Source: Candidatus Magasanikiibacteriota bacterium
GTDB lineage: Bacteria; Patescibacteriota; Patescibacteriia; Magasanikbacterales; UBA922
Length of the DNA stretch: 37,403 bases
Assembly (NCBI GenBank): GCA_014729395.1
Contig: WJJZ01000009.1
Coordinates: 1-37,403 of the forward strand
Direction: 5' to 3'
The notes beneath the pieces are model-generated. The model did no database searches. It was not told the DNA's origin and worked only from the letters and a program-made list of their open reading frames with translations. Positions 25,432 through 35,589 of the stretch are shown here, piece by piece (within the stretch, counting starts at the first letter, position 1; each line of letters starts with the position of its first letter). Both the position numbers and the translations under genes were made by a program.

Positions 25432-27912
25432 TTAAAGGAGGGCGGTGCCAGCAACCTTGTCACCACCGGCTTTAAATCGCATAATTCTTACTCCCTGCGT
25501 GGCTCTACCAAGTGTGGAAATATTTTTAACCGGCGTTCTGACAACCTGACCTTTTTTGGAGATAAGAAGTACATCTTGGTCTTCTGTTTTATTTATTACT
25601 TTTGCACTTATAATCGGTCCGGTTTTATCCGTAATGTTCATGGTTTTAATTCCACTACCACCTCTACCTTGAACTTTGTACTCATTTATTTTGGTTCTTT
25701 TACCGAGTCCGTTTTCTGATACTACCAATAGTTCCAGGACTTTTTTAGCCACCAGTTTGGGGGGAATAACATCCATACCAACCACTTCATCATTAGATTT
25801 AATTCTTATACCACGTACACCACCGGCGGTTCTACCCATAGCTCGGACACCTTTTTCTTTAAATCGGATAGCTTGGCCAAGAGAAGTAACAATAATGACG
25901 TCGTCTTTACCCGTACTCGGTCTTACCCATTCCAGCATATCATCAGTTTTTAATTTTATTGCTATAAGGCCGGAACGGCGGACATTTTGAAAGTCTTCCA
26001 CTTTTGTTCTTTTAATAGTGCCTTTTTTTGTAACCATTACCAAGTATTTATACTTACTCATATCATCGACCGAACGAATATAGGATACCCTTTCATTTGG
26101 AGCCAACTGTAAAAAGTTTACCAGAGCCTGTCCTTTGGCGGTTCTGGTGGTCTGCGGAATATCATATGCTCGTAATTGAAAGACTCTGCCTCGCGTGGTA
26201 AAGAATAATAAATTATCATGAGTGTTTGTTGATATTACTGACTCGACCACATCTTCTTCCTTTGTGGTTAGACCGATTACACCTTTACCTCCACGCCGCT
26301 GTGTTTTAAATGTGCTTGGGGGAAGCCTTTTTATGTAGCCGTCTCTTGTGGTCAATATTATGGTTGGTTCGTTAGGGATTAGGTCTTCTATTCTGAATTC
26401 CTTTACTCCATGAGCAATTACTTGAGTTCTTCTTCCATCTCCGTATTTTTCTTTTACGTCTTTTACGTCTTTTTTTATAATGTTAAGTATTTTTTTAGGA
26501 TTTTTTAAAATGGATTCCAGTTCTTTTATTAATTCTTTCTTTTCTTTTAATTCATCCAGAATTTTTTGTCTTTCCATATTAGCCAATTGTTGCAATCTCA
26601 TTTCCAATATAGCCGCTGATTGTCTATCGGTAAATTTAAATTTTTTCATCAGGTTGCTCTTGGCCGCATCTTTGTCCTTTGATTTTCTAATGGTATTAAT
26701 AACCGCATCTATTTTGTCTATAGCTTTTTTAAGACCTTCCAATATATGAGCTCTCTCCTTGGCTTTGTTCAAATCAAATTCAGTACGTCTTTTTATTACA
26801 TCTTGACGATGTTTAATATATTCTTCCAAAACCGATTTAAGGTTTAGTAACCTGGGTTGGATACCATCAACCAAAGCAATCATATTTACATGAAAAGTCG
26901 TCTGTAAGTCGGTTAATTTGAAGAGACGATTTAAGACTTTTTTTGGATATGAATCTTTTTTTAGGTCAATTACTATTCGTACGCCATCTTTGTTTGATTC
27001 ATCTCTTAAGTCCTTTATACCATCGATTTTTTTATCTTGAACCAGTTTGGCAATTTTTTCTATAAGATTGGCTTTATTTACTTGGTATGGAATTTCATTA
27101 ACAATAATTTGGAAAGTTCCACGTTTTTTTTCTTGGATATCCGTTTTTGCTCTTATCACTATTCCCCCTCTACCGGTAGCATAAGCGGATAAGATGTCCT
27201 TTTTGTTGTAAATAATACCACCTGTTGGAAAATCAGGCCCTTTAATATATTCCATCAGGTCTTCAATGCTGGTTTTTGGTTTATCAATCAGTGTAATAAC
27301 GGCATCACATAATTCTTCCAGGTTGTGGGGTGGAATGTTTGTCGCCATACCAACAGCAATCCCCATTGTTCCATTAAGCAGTAAGTTCGGTAATTTACTT
27401 GGCAAAACTATTGGTTCTTTTTGTGATCCATCATAATTCGGCATGAAATTGACCGTTTCTTTTTCTATATCAATCAACATTTGTTCAGCTGCCGCTTGAA
27501 GTTTGGCTTCTGTATATCTCATCGCAGCGGCTGAATCACCATCCATTGAACCAAAGTTTCCTTGTCCATAAACCAAAGGTAGGCGCATAGAAAAATCTTG
27601 CGCCATTCTGACCATCGAATCGTAAATGGCAGCGTCGCCATGAGGATGATATTTACCCATCACATCTCCAACCACACGGGCTGATTTAAGAAATTTTGAA
27701 GTATGTTTTAATCCCAATTTCCACATAGCATACATTATTCGTCTGTGAACGGGCTTTAAACCGTCCCTTACGTCAGGTAATGCTCTCGCTACAATAACAC
27801 TCATAGCATAATCAAGATATGAAGTTTTCATCTCTTCCACTATCGGAGCTTCTTCCACATCTCCTATGGGATTTATATCCAAATTTGCTTGTTTTTCTTT
27901 TTTCTTTGGCAT
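25432..27912 (-). CDS. gyrA: DNA gyrase subunit A
   Basis: [29 protein letters not shown] and GyrA-box QRRGGKG; probable start MPKKKEK at 27912. Confidence 0.97.
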   Translation of the reverse strand: MPKKKEKQANLDINPIGDVEEAPIVEEMKTSYLDYAMSVIVARALPDVRDGLKPVHRRIMYAMWKLGLKHTSKFLKSARVVGDVMGKYHPHGDAAIYDSMVRMAQDFSMRLPLVYGQGNFGSMDGDSAAAMRYTEAKLQAAAEQMLIDIEKETVNFMPNYDGSQKEPIVLPSKLPNLLLNGTMGIAVGMATNIPPHNLEELCDAVITLIDKPKTSIEDLMEYIKGPDFPTGGIIYNKKDILSAYATGRGGIVIRAKTDIQEKKRGTFQIIVNEIPYQVNKANLIEKIAKLVQDKKIDGIKDLRDESNKDGVRIVIDLKKDSYPKKVLNRLFKLTDLQTTFHVNMIALVDGIQPRLLNLKSVLEEYIKHRQDVIKRRTEFDLNKAKERAHILEGLKKAIDKIDAVINTIRKSKDKDAAKSNLMKKFKFTDRQSAAILEMRLQQLANMERQKILDELKEKKELIKELESILKNPKKILNIIKKDVKDVKEKYGDGRRTQVIAHGVKEFRIEDLIPNEPTIILTTRDGYIKRLPPSTFKTQRRGGKGVIGLTTKEEDVVESVISTNTHDNLLFFTTRGRVFQLRAYDIPQTTRTAKGQALVNFLQLAPNERVSYIRSVDDMSKYKYLVMVTKKGTIKRTKVEDFQNVRRSGLIAIKLKTDDMLEWVRPSTGKDDVIIVTSLGQAIRFKEKGVRAMGRTAGGVRGIRIKSNDEVVGMDVIPPKLVAKKVLELLVVSENGLGKRTKINEYKVQGRGGSGIKTMNITDKTGPIISAKVINKTEDQDVLLISKKGQVVRTPVKNISTLGRATQGVRIMRFKAGGDKVAGTALL

Positions 27913-27925
27913 AAACTTTATTTTT

Positions 27926-28456
27926 TCAGTTGATAGATAAACTTGAACTTGTATGTTCAAAATCAGATAATGTTGAGCTTGCGATTGAGTCTGTGCTGCT
28001 TGCTGAAGATGATGCAGCGTTTAGTTTTATTTCAGTTGAAATTTCACTAAGTATATTTGCAATATCTTCTACATCCATTTTATCTTTTTTTTCTTGCGAA
28101 TTATTATTTTTTGTTTTGTTATTGTCATTTACTTCATCTTGATCAACGCTACTGATGATCGAACCGATATCGGCTTTCGCTTCATTGAAAAAGGAACTTA
28201 CCTCACCATTACCGCTGTTTGATACTTTTTTAAATATTATTCCCGCGTTCCAAACCCACATCACAAAGATTATAGAGCTAATGGACAGGACACCGATCCA
28301 TAACAAAATTCGACTACTGTCCGTTGGGTAATTATTGTATTCTAAATTATTGCGAGTATCATCCTTTTTTTTGCTTTTAGCTGACTCTGTTTTTTTCAAA
28401 TCTGCAGTTTCAACAAAAATTCCGGGTATCCTTTTTTTATTGTTTGTTTTATTCAT
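27926..28456 (-). CDS. Hypothetical single-TM protein with Ser-rich tail
   Basis: One hydrophobic segment ([20 protein letters not shown]); tightly packed in the operon. Confidence 0.8.
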   Translation of the reverse strand: MNKTNNKKRIPGIFVETADLKKTESAKSKKKDDTRNNLEYNNYPTDSSRILLWIGVLSISSIIFVMWVWNAGIIFKKVSNSGNGEVSSFFNEAKADIGSIISSVDQDEVNDNNKTKNNNSQEKKDKMDVEDIANILSEISTEIKLNAASSSASSTDSIASSTLSDFEHTSSSLSIN

Positions 28457-28458
28457 AT

Positions 28459-29073
28459 CTATTCTTTACTTAAAACTTCAACCCTTGTTTCGTCTTGGGG
28501 AAGGTCTTTTTTCTTTATGATTATTTTCTTTTCCGGTTTGCCGTTTTTACTGCCAATTTCTTTAAGAAATTTATCAACATCTGCGAAGTTCGGATCATTT
28601 TCACTTTTGAAAGCTATGGGAATAACAATTCGGGGTTCGACTGTATTAACTACTTTAACAGCTTTTTCCGCATCATAACAATCCTTGCCTCCCACCGGAA
28701 TGATTAAAATATCAACACCATTTAATAAAGATAAGTTGTCGTCATTCGGTTCCTTATTTAGCAGACCGAGGAAGCCGACACTCATTTGTTCCGAGTCAAT
28801 TCTAAATATTATCTTATTTTCTTCGGGTGACTGTGAGGCGGCGATTAAAACTCCTTTTGTTTCACATTCTCCGGGCATTGACAGTGTAAACGGTTTGCCG
28901 GAAAGTGTAATTGAATTTTTTTCTCCTCTACTATATAGACCGATATCGGGAGTCAAAGATCGTGGAAATTGACCTTTTGTCGGCTTATATGGGTCCAATA
29001 CAATCGTAATATCCTTATCAAAAGGCTTGGTTTGTATTTTTACACAAGTTGTTCCATGCCATGAAAAATGCAT
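28459..29073 (-). CDS. MBL-fold protein (lactamase B-3-like) with degenerate metal motif
   Basis: SWHGTTCVKI, IVLDPY, PGECE and VDILIIPVGG...EPRIVIP family motifs; HxHxDH absent. Confidence 0.8.
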   Translation of the reverse strand: MHFSWHGTTCVKIQTKPFDKDITIVLDPYKPTKGQFPRSLTPDIGLYSRGEKNSITLSGKPFTLSMPGECETKGVLIAASQSPEENKIIFRIDSEQMSVGFLGLLNKEPNDDNLSLLNGVDILIIPVGGKDCYDAEKAVKVVNTVEPRIVIPIAFKSENDPNFADVDKFLKEIGSKNGKPEKKIIIKKKDLPQDETRVEVLSKE

Positions 29074-29130
29074 ATGTCTTTGTCAAAAATAGATAGATTA
29101 TAACCTTTTTTATCTTAAATATACGCATAT

Positions 29131-29159
29131 ATTATACAGATAAAATTAAGCAATGGCAA
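29131..29159 (-). promoter_or_regulatory. Promoter for the MBL-fold/gyrA operon
   Basis: TTGCCA-17bp-TATAAT on the minus strand. Confidence 0.7.
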
Positions 29160-29184
29160 GGGTTTAATGCGATTATTTCCACCC

Positions 29185-29213
29185 TTGACTGGCTTAAAAC
29201 TTCATGCTATAGT
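29185..29213 (+). promoter_or_regulatory. Promoter for rpsA
   Basis: TTGACT-17bp-TATAGT with extended TG. Confidence 0.75.
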
Positions 29214-29296
29214 AGTCACGCTTTTTAACTTAATTTAAACAATTCTGTAGTAACACAGAACACTCTCCCAGCGAGGGTTAATTTAATTTTTAATTT

Positions 29297-30517
29297 ATGT
29301 CAGAAGACGACAAAAAGAGTGACTTTAAGAAAATGCTAAAAGACTACTTTATCGCGGTTCCAAAAGAAGGCGAAATGGTCAAGGGCGAAGTCATCTCTGT
29401 TGATCACGGGGCGGTCCGGCTTGATGTTAACGGAGTAACAACCGGTATTGTCAGAGGTCAAGAACTTTTTAATGAGTCCTCAGAATATGCCAATATAAAG
29501 GTTGGTGATATTGTGGAAGCAACAGTAGTGGAACAAGAAAATGAGAACGGTGAAGTTGAATTGTCATTTAGAATAGCCGGTCACCAGAGAGTATGGAATA
29601 AGATGGAAGAATATAAAAAAGACGAGATAACTATTCCGGCAAAAGTTATTTCTGCCAATAAGGGTGGTTTGATGGTAAAAGTGGATGCTCTTGTCGGGTT
29701 TATGCCCGTTTCACAGTTAAATCCTGATCATTATCCGCGTGTACCCGGAGGCGATAAAAATAGAATTTTGGAAAAATTAAAAGAATTGATCGGTACGGAA
29801 ATGGAGGTAAAGGTTATTGATGCAGATAAAAAAGAAGAAAAATTAATCGTTTCCGAAAAAGCTGTTTGGGAAGATGAACAAAAAAGTGTGCTGGAGTCCT
29901 ATAATATAGGAGACGTAGTAGAAGGCGAGGTAAGCGCACTAACATCGTTTGGAGCTTTTATAAAATTCGGTGAAGGTTTGGAAGGATTGGTTCATATTTC
30001 TGAAATAGTTTGGCAAAGGATTGATCATCCAAAGGATGTTCTCAAGGTAGGTGATAAAGTAAAAGCGCAAATAATCGATTTAAACAAATCAAAGATTTAT
30101 TTATCCATCAAAAGGTTGGTGGACGACCCTTGGAAAGGGGTTAAAGATAAATACAAGGTTGGACAGATTGTTGAGGGTGAAATTCACAAAATAGAACCGT
30201 TTGGTCTGATGGTTAAACTGGATGAGGATATTCATGGCTTGGCTCATATATCAGAGCTTTCAGATTCAAATATACGAGATGTAAGCGATTTAGAGAAGAT
30301 GTTTGATATTGGAGAAAAAAGAAAATTTGAAATCATGAATATTGAACCGGCTGAACACAGACTTGGTTTAAAACTTGAGGGGATAAAAGGGAAAGAAAAG
30401 CCGGATTCAGATACGGAAAAAATAGAAAAAAAAGAAGAAAACAATACTGAAGAATCAAATAAAGAAGAAAAAGAACCGGCAAAAGAAACGGAAGACAAAG
30501 AGGGAGACAATAAATAA
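29297..30517 (+). CDS. rpsA: 30S ribosomal protein S1 (four S1 domains, acidic tail)
   Basis: NKGGL..GFMPVSQL, FGAFI..GLEGLVHISE and DPW..GLAHISEL repeats. Confidence 0.93.
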   Translation: MSEDDKKSDFKKMLKDYFIAVPKEGEMVKGEVISVDHGAVRLDVNGVTTGIVRGQELFNESSEYANIKVGDIVEATVVEQENENGEVELSFRIAGHQRVWNKMEEYKKDEITIPAKVISANKGGLMVKVDALVGFMPVSQLNPDHYPRVPGGDKNRILEKLKELIGTEMEVKVIDADKKEEKLIVSEKAVWEDEQKSVLESYNIGDVVEGEVSALTSFGAFIKFGEGLEGLVHISEIVWQRIDHPKDVLKVGDKVKAQIIDLNKSKIYLSIKRLVDDPWKGVKDKYKVGQIVEGEIHKIEPFGLMVKLDEDIHGLAHISELSDSNIRDVSDLEKMFDIGEKRKFEIMNIEPAEHRLGLKLEGIKGKEKPDSDTEKIEKKEENNTEESNKEEKEPAKETEDKEGDNK

Positions 30518-30521
30518 TGAT

Positions 30522-30552
30522 AAAAAAACATCCTGAAAACGGGGTGTTTTTT
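30522..30552 (+). terminator. Intrinsic terminator after rpsA
   Basis: AAAAAACATCCTG AAAA CGGGGTGTTTTTT. Confidence 0.8.
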
Positions 30553-30608
30553 AGTACAATAATTATTGTTTAATTATAGTCAAATTATTGTATAGTTATG
30601 GTGTAATA
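30551..30608. repeat. 11-bp-unit array, mostly right arm (copy 5)
   Basis: TTAGTACAAT AATT ATTGTTTAATT ATAGTCAAATT ATTGTATAGTT ATGGTGTAATA. Confidence 0.85.
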
Positions 30609-30610
30609 CC

Positions 30611-30639
30611 TTGATTTTCTCCTTAATTTATACTACAAT
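30611..30639 (+). promoter_or_regulatory. Probable promoter for tRNA-Leu
   Basis: TTGATT-17bp-TACAAT. Confidence 0.55.
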
Positions 30640-30660
30640 GGCTTTACGCTACGGTCCTTC

Positions 30661-30885
30661 TCCGTCCAGATCTCTCACCCCTCGGGTCCGGGACAGGACT
30701 ACGCCGGGTAAATTAGTTTGGTGTATTATGCTGGAGTGGCGAAATTGGTATACGCGCGTGGCTTAGGACCACGTGGGGCAACCCGTGGGAGTTCGAGTCT
30801 CCCCTCCAGCACTCAGAAAAATTAATCGATTTCTCTTGTCCTCCGTAGCTTTATCTTGAGGCTCTGGGTGAGAGACCGGGGCGAA
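30661..30885. repeat. Degenerate inverted repeats flanking tRNA-Leu
   Basis: TCCGTCCAGATCTCTCACCC...CTACG upstream is inverted to CGTAG...GGGTGAGAGACCGGGGCGAA downstream. Confidence 0.65.
30730..30811 (+). tRNA. tRNA-Leu(TAG), CCA not encoded
   Basis: GCTGGAG...CGTGG CT TAG GA CCACG, long variable arm, GGGAG TTCGAGT CTCCC CTCCAGC A. Confidence 0.96.
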
Positions 30886-30895
30886 TAGAAAAAAC

Positions 30896-31165
30896 ATGGT
30901 TATGGACAAAAAAGAAGCTTTAATTTATTCCGCTGAAATAGGTGCGGACATTCCCGAGCTTGATCTCCATGGATTTTATGTTAAAGATGCTCTAGAAAAA
31001 CTAGAGTCTTTTATTTTTCAAAATTACAAATCTGATTCAGTGGTACGGATAATTTATGGGGGAGGGACAGGTAGACTGGAAGAAGCTGTTACCGAATATC
31101 TAAAAAAACATCCCCAAGTGGAAAAGATACTAAAATATTCAGGTAATTGTTTGGTTGTTTTTTAG
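30896..31165 (+). CDS. Stand-alone Smr/MutS2 C-terminal domain protein
   Basis: PELDLHG...IIYGGGTGRL...YLKKHP motifs. Confidence 0.85.
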   Translation: MVMDKKEALIYSAEIGADIPELDLHGFYVKDALEKLESFIFQNYKSDSVVRIIYGGGTGRLEEAVTEYLKKHPQVEKILKYSGNCLVVF

Positions 31166-31299
31166 AGAAAGTTTATACAAATTTTATCTTTTTGTTTTTG
31201 ACCAGCTTAGGTATGTAACGATATAATATTAATGTGTGTGCAAAGTATAAGAGAAACAGGAAGAATGTCATCCACTCCTTTCGGCCATAACTAACTTAA

Positions 31300-31381
31300 T
31301 GTCATTCCCGCGAAGGCGGGAATCTAGGCATAGGACGTATAACATACTTAATTCTGGATTCCCGCCTTCGCGGGAATGACA
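31300..31381. repeat. dRS3/RPE-like palindromic element
   Basis: TGTCATTCCCGCGAAGGCGGGAATCTAG and its inverted copy (27/28 match) separated by 26 nt; core ATTCCC-N8-GGGAAT. Confidence 0.92.
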
Positions 31382-31431
31382 AAACAATGGCACAAGACAA
31401 ACCAATGTTTATACCTTATCAAAGTTTATTT

Positions 31432-31659
31432 ATGAATGAAGATAAAGTTATCAAATTGTTGTTAAAGCGTGGTAAAAATCTAGAATGGATTAAAGATAAT
31501 ATGGTTACAAAAAAAGATCATCGTGAAGTGATGGGAACTTTAGATATATTAGTGGGATTAGCCAGGAAAAAAGATCAAGAGCTTACATTTATGGGGGAAA
31601 GAGTTACAAGAGTTGAGGATGATGTAAGAATATTAAAAAAAGCTACCGGTGTGGCATGA
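31432..31659 (+). CDS. Small hypothetical coiled-coil protein (alternative start 31387)
   Basis: Amphipathic ORF MNEDKVIKLLL...RVEDDVRILKK followed by a hairpin at about 31684-31704. Confidence 0.6.
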   Translation: MNEDKVIKLLLKRGKNLEWIKDNMVTKKDHREVMGTLDILVGLARKKDQELTFMGERVTRVEDDVRILKKATGVA

Positions 31660-31704
31660 TAAATTATTTGTAGAGAAATAAGATCACCTAATATGGGTGT
31701 TTTT

Positions 31705-32172
31705 TTAATAATGATATTTCTTGTTATTTATTATCGTGGCTGCCCGGTAAATTTGTTCTATCAAGATTATTCTGGCAATCTGGTGGGTAAATGTTAGTTT
31801 GGATAACGATACAACATAATCAACTTTTTCAATTATTGATTTATCAAGTCCCAAAGGTCCGCCAATAACAAACTTAATTTCCTCTCCTTTGGTTGAGTTA
31901 TCACCTAAAAACTTAGCAAATTCAATTGAATCCATTTGCTTGCCAGACTCATCCATAGCAACAACAATACCACCACCCAGGTATTTTTTTAATTTCTCCC
32001 CCTCTATTTTTTTAACCCTTTCTTTGTCATCGCCTTTGCCAAAAGACCTCTCAGGCACACTTGTTATAGTTACCTTAGCATAAGGAGACAGTCTTTTGAG
32101 GTATTCTTTCTCAGCTTGAATCCAGTAGTTTTCTTTTAGTTTTCCTATAAGAACAATATGTATTTTTAGCAT
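31705..32172 (-). CDS. rlmH: 23S rRNA pseudouridine-1915 N3-methyltransferase
   Basis: IGKLKE, EYLKRL, FVIGGPLG, SLSKLTFTHQIARIILIEQIYRA and the C-terminal YH motif. Confidence 0.96.
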   Translation of the reverse strand: MLKIHIVLIGKLKENYWIQAEKEYLKRLSPYAKVTITSVPERSFGKGDDKERVKKIEGEKLKKYLGGGIVVAMDESGKQMDSIEFAKFLGDNSTKGEEIKFVIGGPLGLDKSIIEKVDYVVSLSKLTFTHQIARIILIEQIYRAATIINNKKYHY

Positions 32173-32226
32173 AGAAATATGGTCTTATTAACACAAACAG
32201 TGTTTTATAGGGGAAATATGTAAGCA

Positions 32227-32255
32227 TTGACAATTACCACTCACTTTGCTACTAT
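32227..32255 (+). promoter_or_regulatory. Sigma70 promoter
   Basis: TTGACA-17bp-TACTAT with extended TG. Confidence 0.7.
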
Positions 32256-32386
32256 TATATATCAATTTAGAGTAATATGGCCATAGCTGGAACATACTAA
32301 ACAAATTGGTATTTTCCGGCTATGACTGTCAATTCTGTCAGTCAAGTGTTCATTTAACGGCGAAAACCTGGAAAGGAGAAACCGCC

Positions 32387-33025
32387 ATGCACAAACAAAC
32401 AGCCAAGTTCGCGTCTCGCATTTGCGAGAACCTACCTGATTTGTCCGGCAAGGACATGCAGTACTGGATTGAACATCCGAAAGAGTTGCAACAGAGACTG
32501 CGTGACCTATTGAAAATAGTTCAGGTTAAGACTCAGATATCCGAGTTTAAAGTTTGGAAAACCATCAAGCTGGGAACCGGTCCGCAGACAGTTGCTGACT
32601 TACGTTGGGCTCTGGAACAACATAGGATCAATATTGACAAATTGGCCGGCGATATGCTGGGACATCACGCATTCACCATGACTGGCACCGAATTCGAGGT
32701 TGATTTGGTTGTCGTGAGTGTGTCCGAGCTTGGATTTATTGCCCGCGTCACGCGCACGCAAATCTACGAGCGAACCAGAGAGTTGGGGCTTGAGCTTTGT
32801 CCGGCTGACGTTGGTCCTCTGTTGCGCTTGCAGTACAAGGATCAGCCCGTGAACGAGATAATCAGAATGGGCATGGAAGCTATTATTGGGCCGAACCACT
32901 GGCTCTATGTATTTGAACTCTCATGTGATGAGGGCGGTTTGTGGCTCGGTGGAGAGTACGGTATACCTGATCGCTACTATAACGGGGATGACCGTTGGGT
33001 CTTTGTCCTCCCCAGAAAAGGTTAA
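32387..33025 (+). CDS. Hypothetical protein (GC-richer than its neighbours)
   Basis: ATG 32387 after AAGGAG; WKTIKLG, LGLELCPADVGP.LRLQY.DQP and C-terminal LWL...RWVF. Confidence 0.85.
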   Translation: MHKQTAKFASRICENLPDLSGKDMQYWIEHPKELQQRLRDLLKIVQVKTQISEFKVWKTIKLGTGPQTVADLRWALEQHRINIDKLAGDMLGHHAFTMTGTEFEVDLVVVSVSELGFIARVTRTQIYERTRELGLELCPADVGPLLRLQYKDQPVNEIIRMGMEAIIGPNHWLYVFELSCDEGGLWLGGEYGIPDRYYNGDDRWVFVLPRKG

Positions 33026-33045
33026 TTAGCTCTTTTATACACAAT

Positions 33046-33081
33046 CCCCCCTGCCACATCGTTGACAGGGGGTCTTTTTTT
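33046..33081 (+). terminator. Intrinsic terminator
   Basis: CCCCCTG.CA...TGACAGGGGG followed by a T-run. Confidence 0.8.
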
Positions 33082-33230
33082 GTCTAAATTAAGTCAATAT
33101 TTAAGAAAATCATTAATTTTTTCATATATATTCTAAATATAATTGCTTAGAAATATTGCGCATAAATTACCTGTTTTTTTGAATATATTATGGCATTCAC
33201 AACTTCTCCACAGGTTATATGATTCATCTC

Positions 33231-33259
33231 TTGACAACCTTTTTTAATTGATGTATATT
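33231..33259 (+). promoter_or_regulatory. Promoter of the stand-alone 23S-5S unit
   Basis: TTGACA-17bp-TATATT about 350 nt upstream of 23S. Confidence 0.7.
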
Positions 33260-33589
33260 GATGAGGCATTAAAAAACATAAATACATGTCCAATGCACTG
33301 CTTGGACCTCTGAGAAGATTGAAAATTATCACATGATAGTTATTGAACATCTTAGTTACTCAAATAATTCAAGCAGTTAAAGACAAATTAATTTTTGTTT
33401 GCGACCGCTTGAAGGCGGTTTTTTTAAACTCACTTTTTCATCACTTGGACTAGATTCTGGTATAAGCGATAAGAAAGTGAGGAATAAGAGGTTGAAGCGA
33501 GATGGGCTCGTTACAATTCAATCAACAAACAATTAAGCAAATTGTAAGTAAAATCATGATTATATTCAACGATAATCATGATGGGTAAT

Positions 33590-33618
33590 AAGCACAATTT
33601 TGTGTTTTCGTTGTACGC
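33590..33618 (+). other. 5' strand of the 23S processing stalk (pairs with 36822-36850)
   Basis: AAGCACAATTTTGTGTTTTCGTTGTACGC is nearly the reverse complement of GCGTACTACGGAAACACAAAGCTGTGCTT. Confidence 0.85.
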
Positions 33619-34231
33619 AATATAAGGGCGTACGGTGGATGCCTAGACACTAAAAGTCGATGAAGGACGTCGCAGGGTGCGATAAGCCTCGGTTAGGTCC
33701 CAAGCAACCTTTGACCCGGGGATTTCCGAATGGGGGAACCCACCTCTTTGTGAGGTACCTTATACTGAATTCATAGGTATAAGGGGTCGACCTGGCGAAG
33801 TGAAACATCTCAGTAGCCAGAGGAAAAGAAAACAAATTATGCTTCTTTTCTACACCTTGAAAGTTTTAGCTTTTAAGGTGTAGTAAAAAAAGCTGTGATT
33901 CCCTTAGTAGTGGCGAGCGAACGGGGAACAGCTCAAACCTTTATCGTGTTGTCATATTTTATTGGTCTTCGGACTTTCTAGGATATGACTTAAAGGACAG
34001 GCCGTTGCGATTTAGGTGTTGTAGGGTAAAAACGTCGGTAACCTGTTTAGCCGGATATATTATTTTATATATAATTGAAAATCTCTGGAAAGGGATACCA
34101 AAGAAGGTGATAGTCCTGTAGATAAAATATATATGATAATGTGTTGTTTTTATTCCTGAGTAGGGCGGAGCACGTGAAATTCCGTCTGAATCTGCCGCGA
34201 CTATGCGGTAAAGCTAAATACTTTTAGTGAT

Positions 34232-34268
<37 letters not shown>

Positions 34269-34830
34269 CAGCCCGGGAGGGCGATGAAATAGTATCTGAA
34301 ACCGTACGCTTACAATGAGTTGGAGCCCGCTTTTGCGGGTGACAGCGTTCCTATTGAAGAATGAGCCTGTGAGTGTGTAGTTGTTGCAAGCTTAAGAGCC
34401 TATGGTTCGAAGGCGTAGGGAAACCAAGTCTTAACCGGCGATTTAGTAATAATTACACGACCCGAAACCGAGTGAGCAATCCATGACCAGGTTGAACCCC
34501 GACGAAAGTCGGGGGGAGGACCGAACCCACGCGCCGTGCAACACGCGGGGATGAGTTGTGGATAGCGGAGAAATTCCTATCGAACTCGGTAATAGCTGGT
34601 TCTCCTCGAAATAGCTTTAGGGCTAGCTGTATGTGTTCCTGCTGGTGGTAGAGCACTGGATGAGAGCGAGGTCCCTCGGGATACTCCTTTCAATCAAACT
34701 CCGAATGCCAGTAGTCAAAACATGCAAGTCAGACTGTGGGGGCTAAGCTCCATGGTCAAAAGGGAAACAGCCCAGATCGTCAACTAAGGTCCCTAAATCA
34801 CCACTAAGTGTAAAAGGCGGTGAAGATTCT

Positions 34831-34882
<52 letters not shown>

Positions 34883-34950
34883 CAGCTCACTGGTCAAGAG
34901 TCTTTGCGCCGAAAATGTACCGGGGCTAAGTGGTGTACCGAAGTTACGAA

Positions 34951-35109
34951 TTATTGTGTCTCACTAACGTTCGACACTGAATTACGAATTAAGAATTATT
35001 AATTTTGATTCAATTTTGAATTATTTAATGATTAAACATTAGAAATTCAATCAAAATTTAAAATTTTAAATTCAAAATTTGAGTGGCGAGCGATAGCGAG
35101 ACACGATAG
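34951..35109 (+). other. Intervening sequence in 23S helix 45
   Basis: Between TACCGAAG and GGTAGAGGAGC: a stem of about 27 bp capped by an AT-rich heptamer array of about 100 nt. Confidence 0.88.
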
Positions 35110-35589
35110 TGGTAGAGGAGCATTCCTAACTGCTGTGAAGTCGGATCCGCGAGGACCGGTGGAGCGTTGGGAAGAGAGAATGCAGGCACAAGTAGCAAAA
35201 ACGAGGGTGAGAGTCCCTCGCGCCGAAAGTCCAAGGTTTCCAGGGCAACGTGAATCGTCCCTGGGTTAGTCGATCCTAAGGTGAGGCCGAAAGGCGTAGC
35301 CGATGGAAGAGCAGGTTAATATTCCTGCACTTGGCATAGTTTGTTATGATATGCGTATCTCAAAGGTGTGAGCGTTGTAAGGCTACACGTTTCGCAAGAT
35401 AGAGACCAATCCTTCGGGGGCGGTCAATTTACACTGGAGAGGTATCTAGAAAAGTATTATAACGCTAGGCTATGTCAAACCGTACCGATAACCGACACAG
35501 GTGGACAGGTCGAGAAGACCAAGGCGTACGAGAGAAACATGGTTCAGGAACTCGGCAAAACAGCGGCCGTAATTTCGAGATAAGGCCTT

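Noticed and set aside
31232-31294. 20-codon ORF MCVQSIRETGRMSSTPFGHN after a possible promoter
   Set aside because: Too short, with no SD and no recognisable features.
33195-33215. DnaA-box-like TTCTCCACA upstream of the rRNA promoter as an origin
   Set aside because: A single imperfect box, with no cluster and no dnaA/dnaN nearby.
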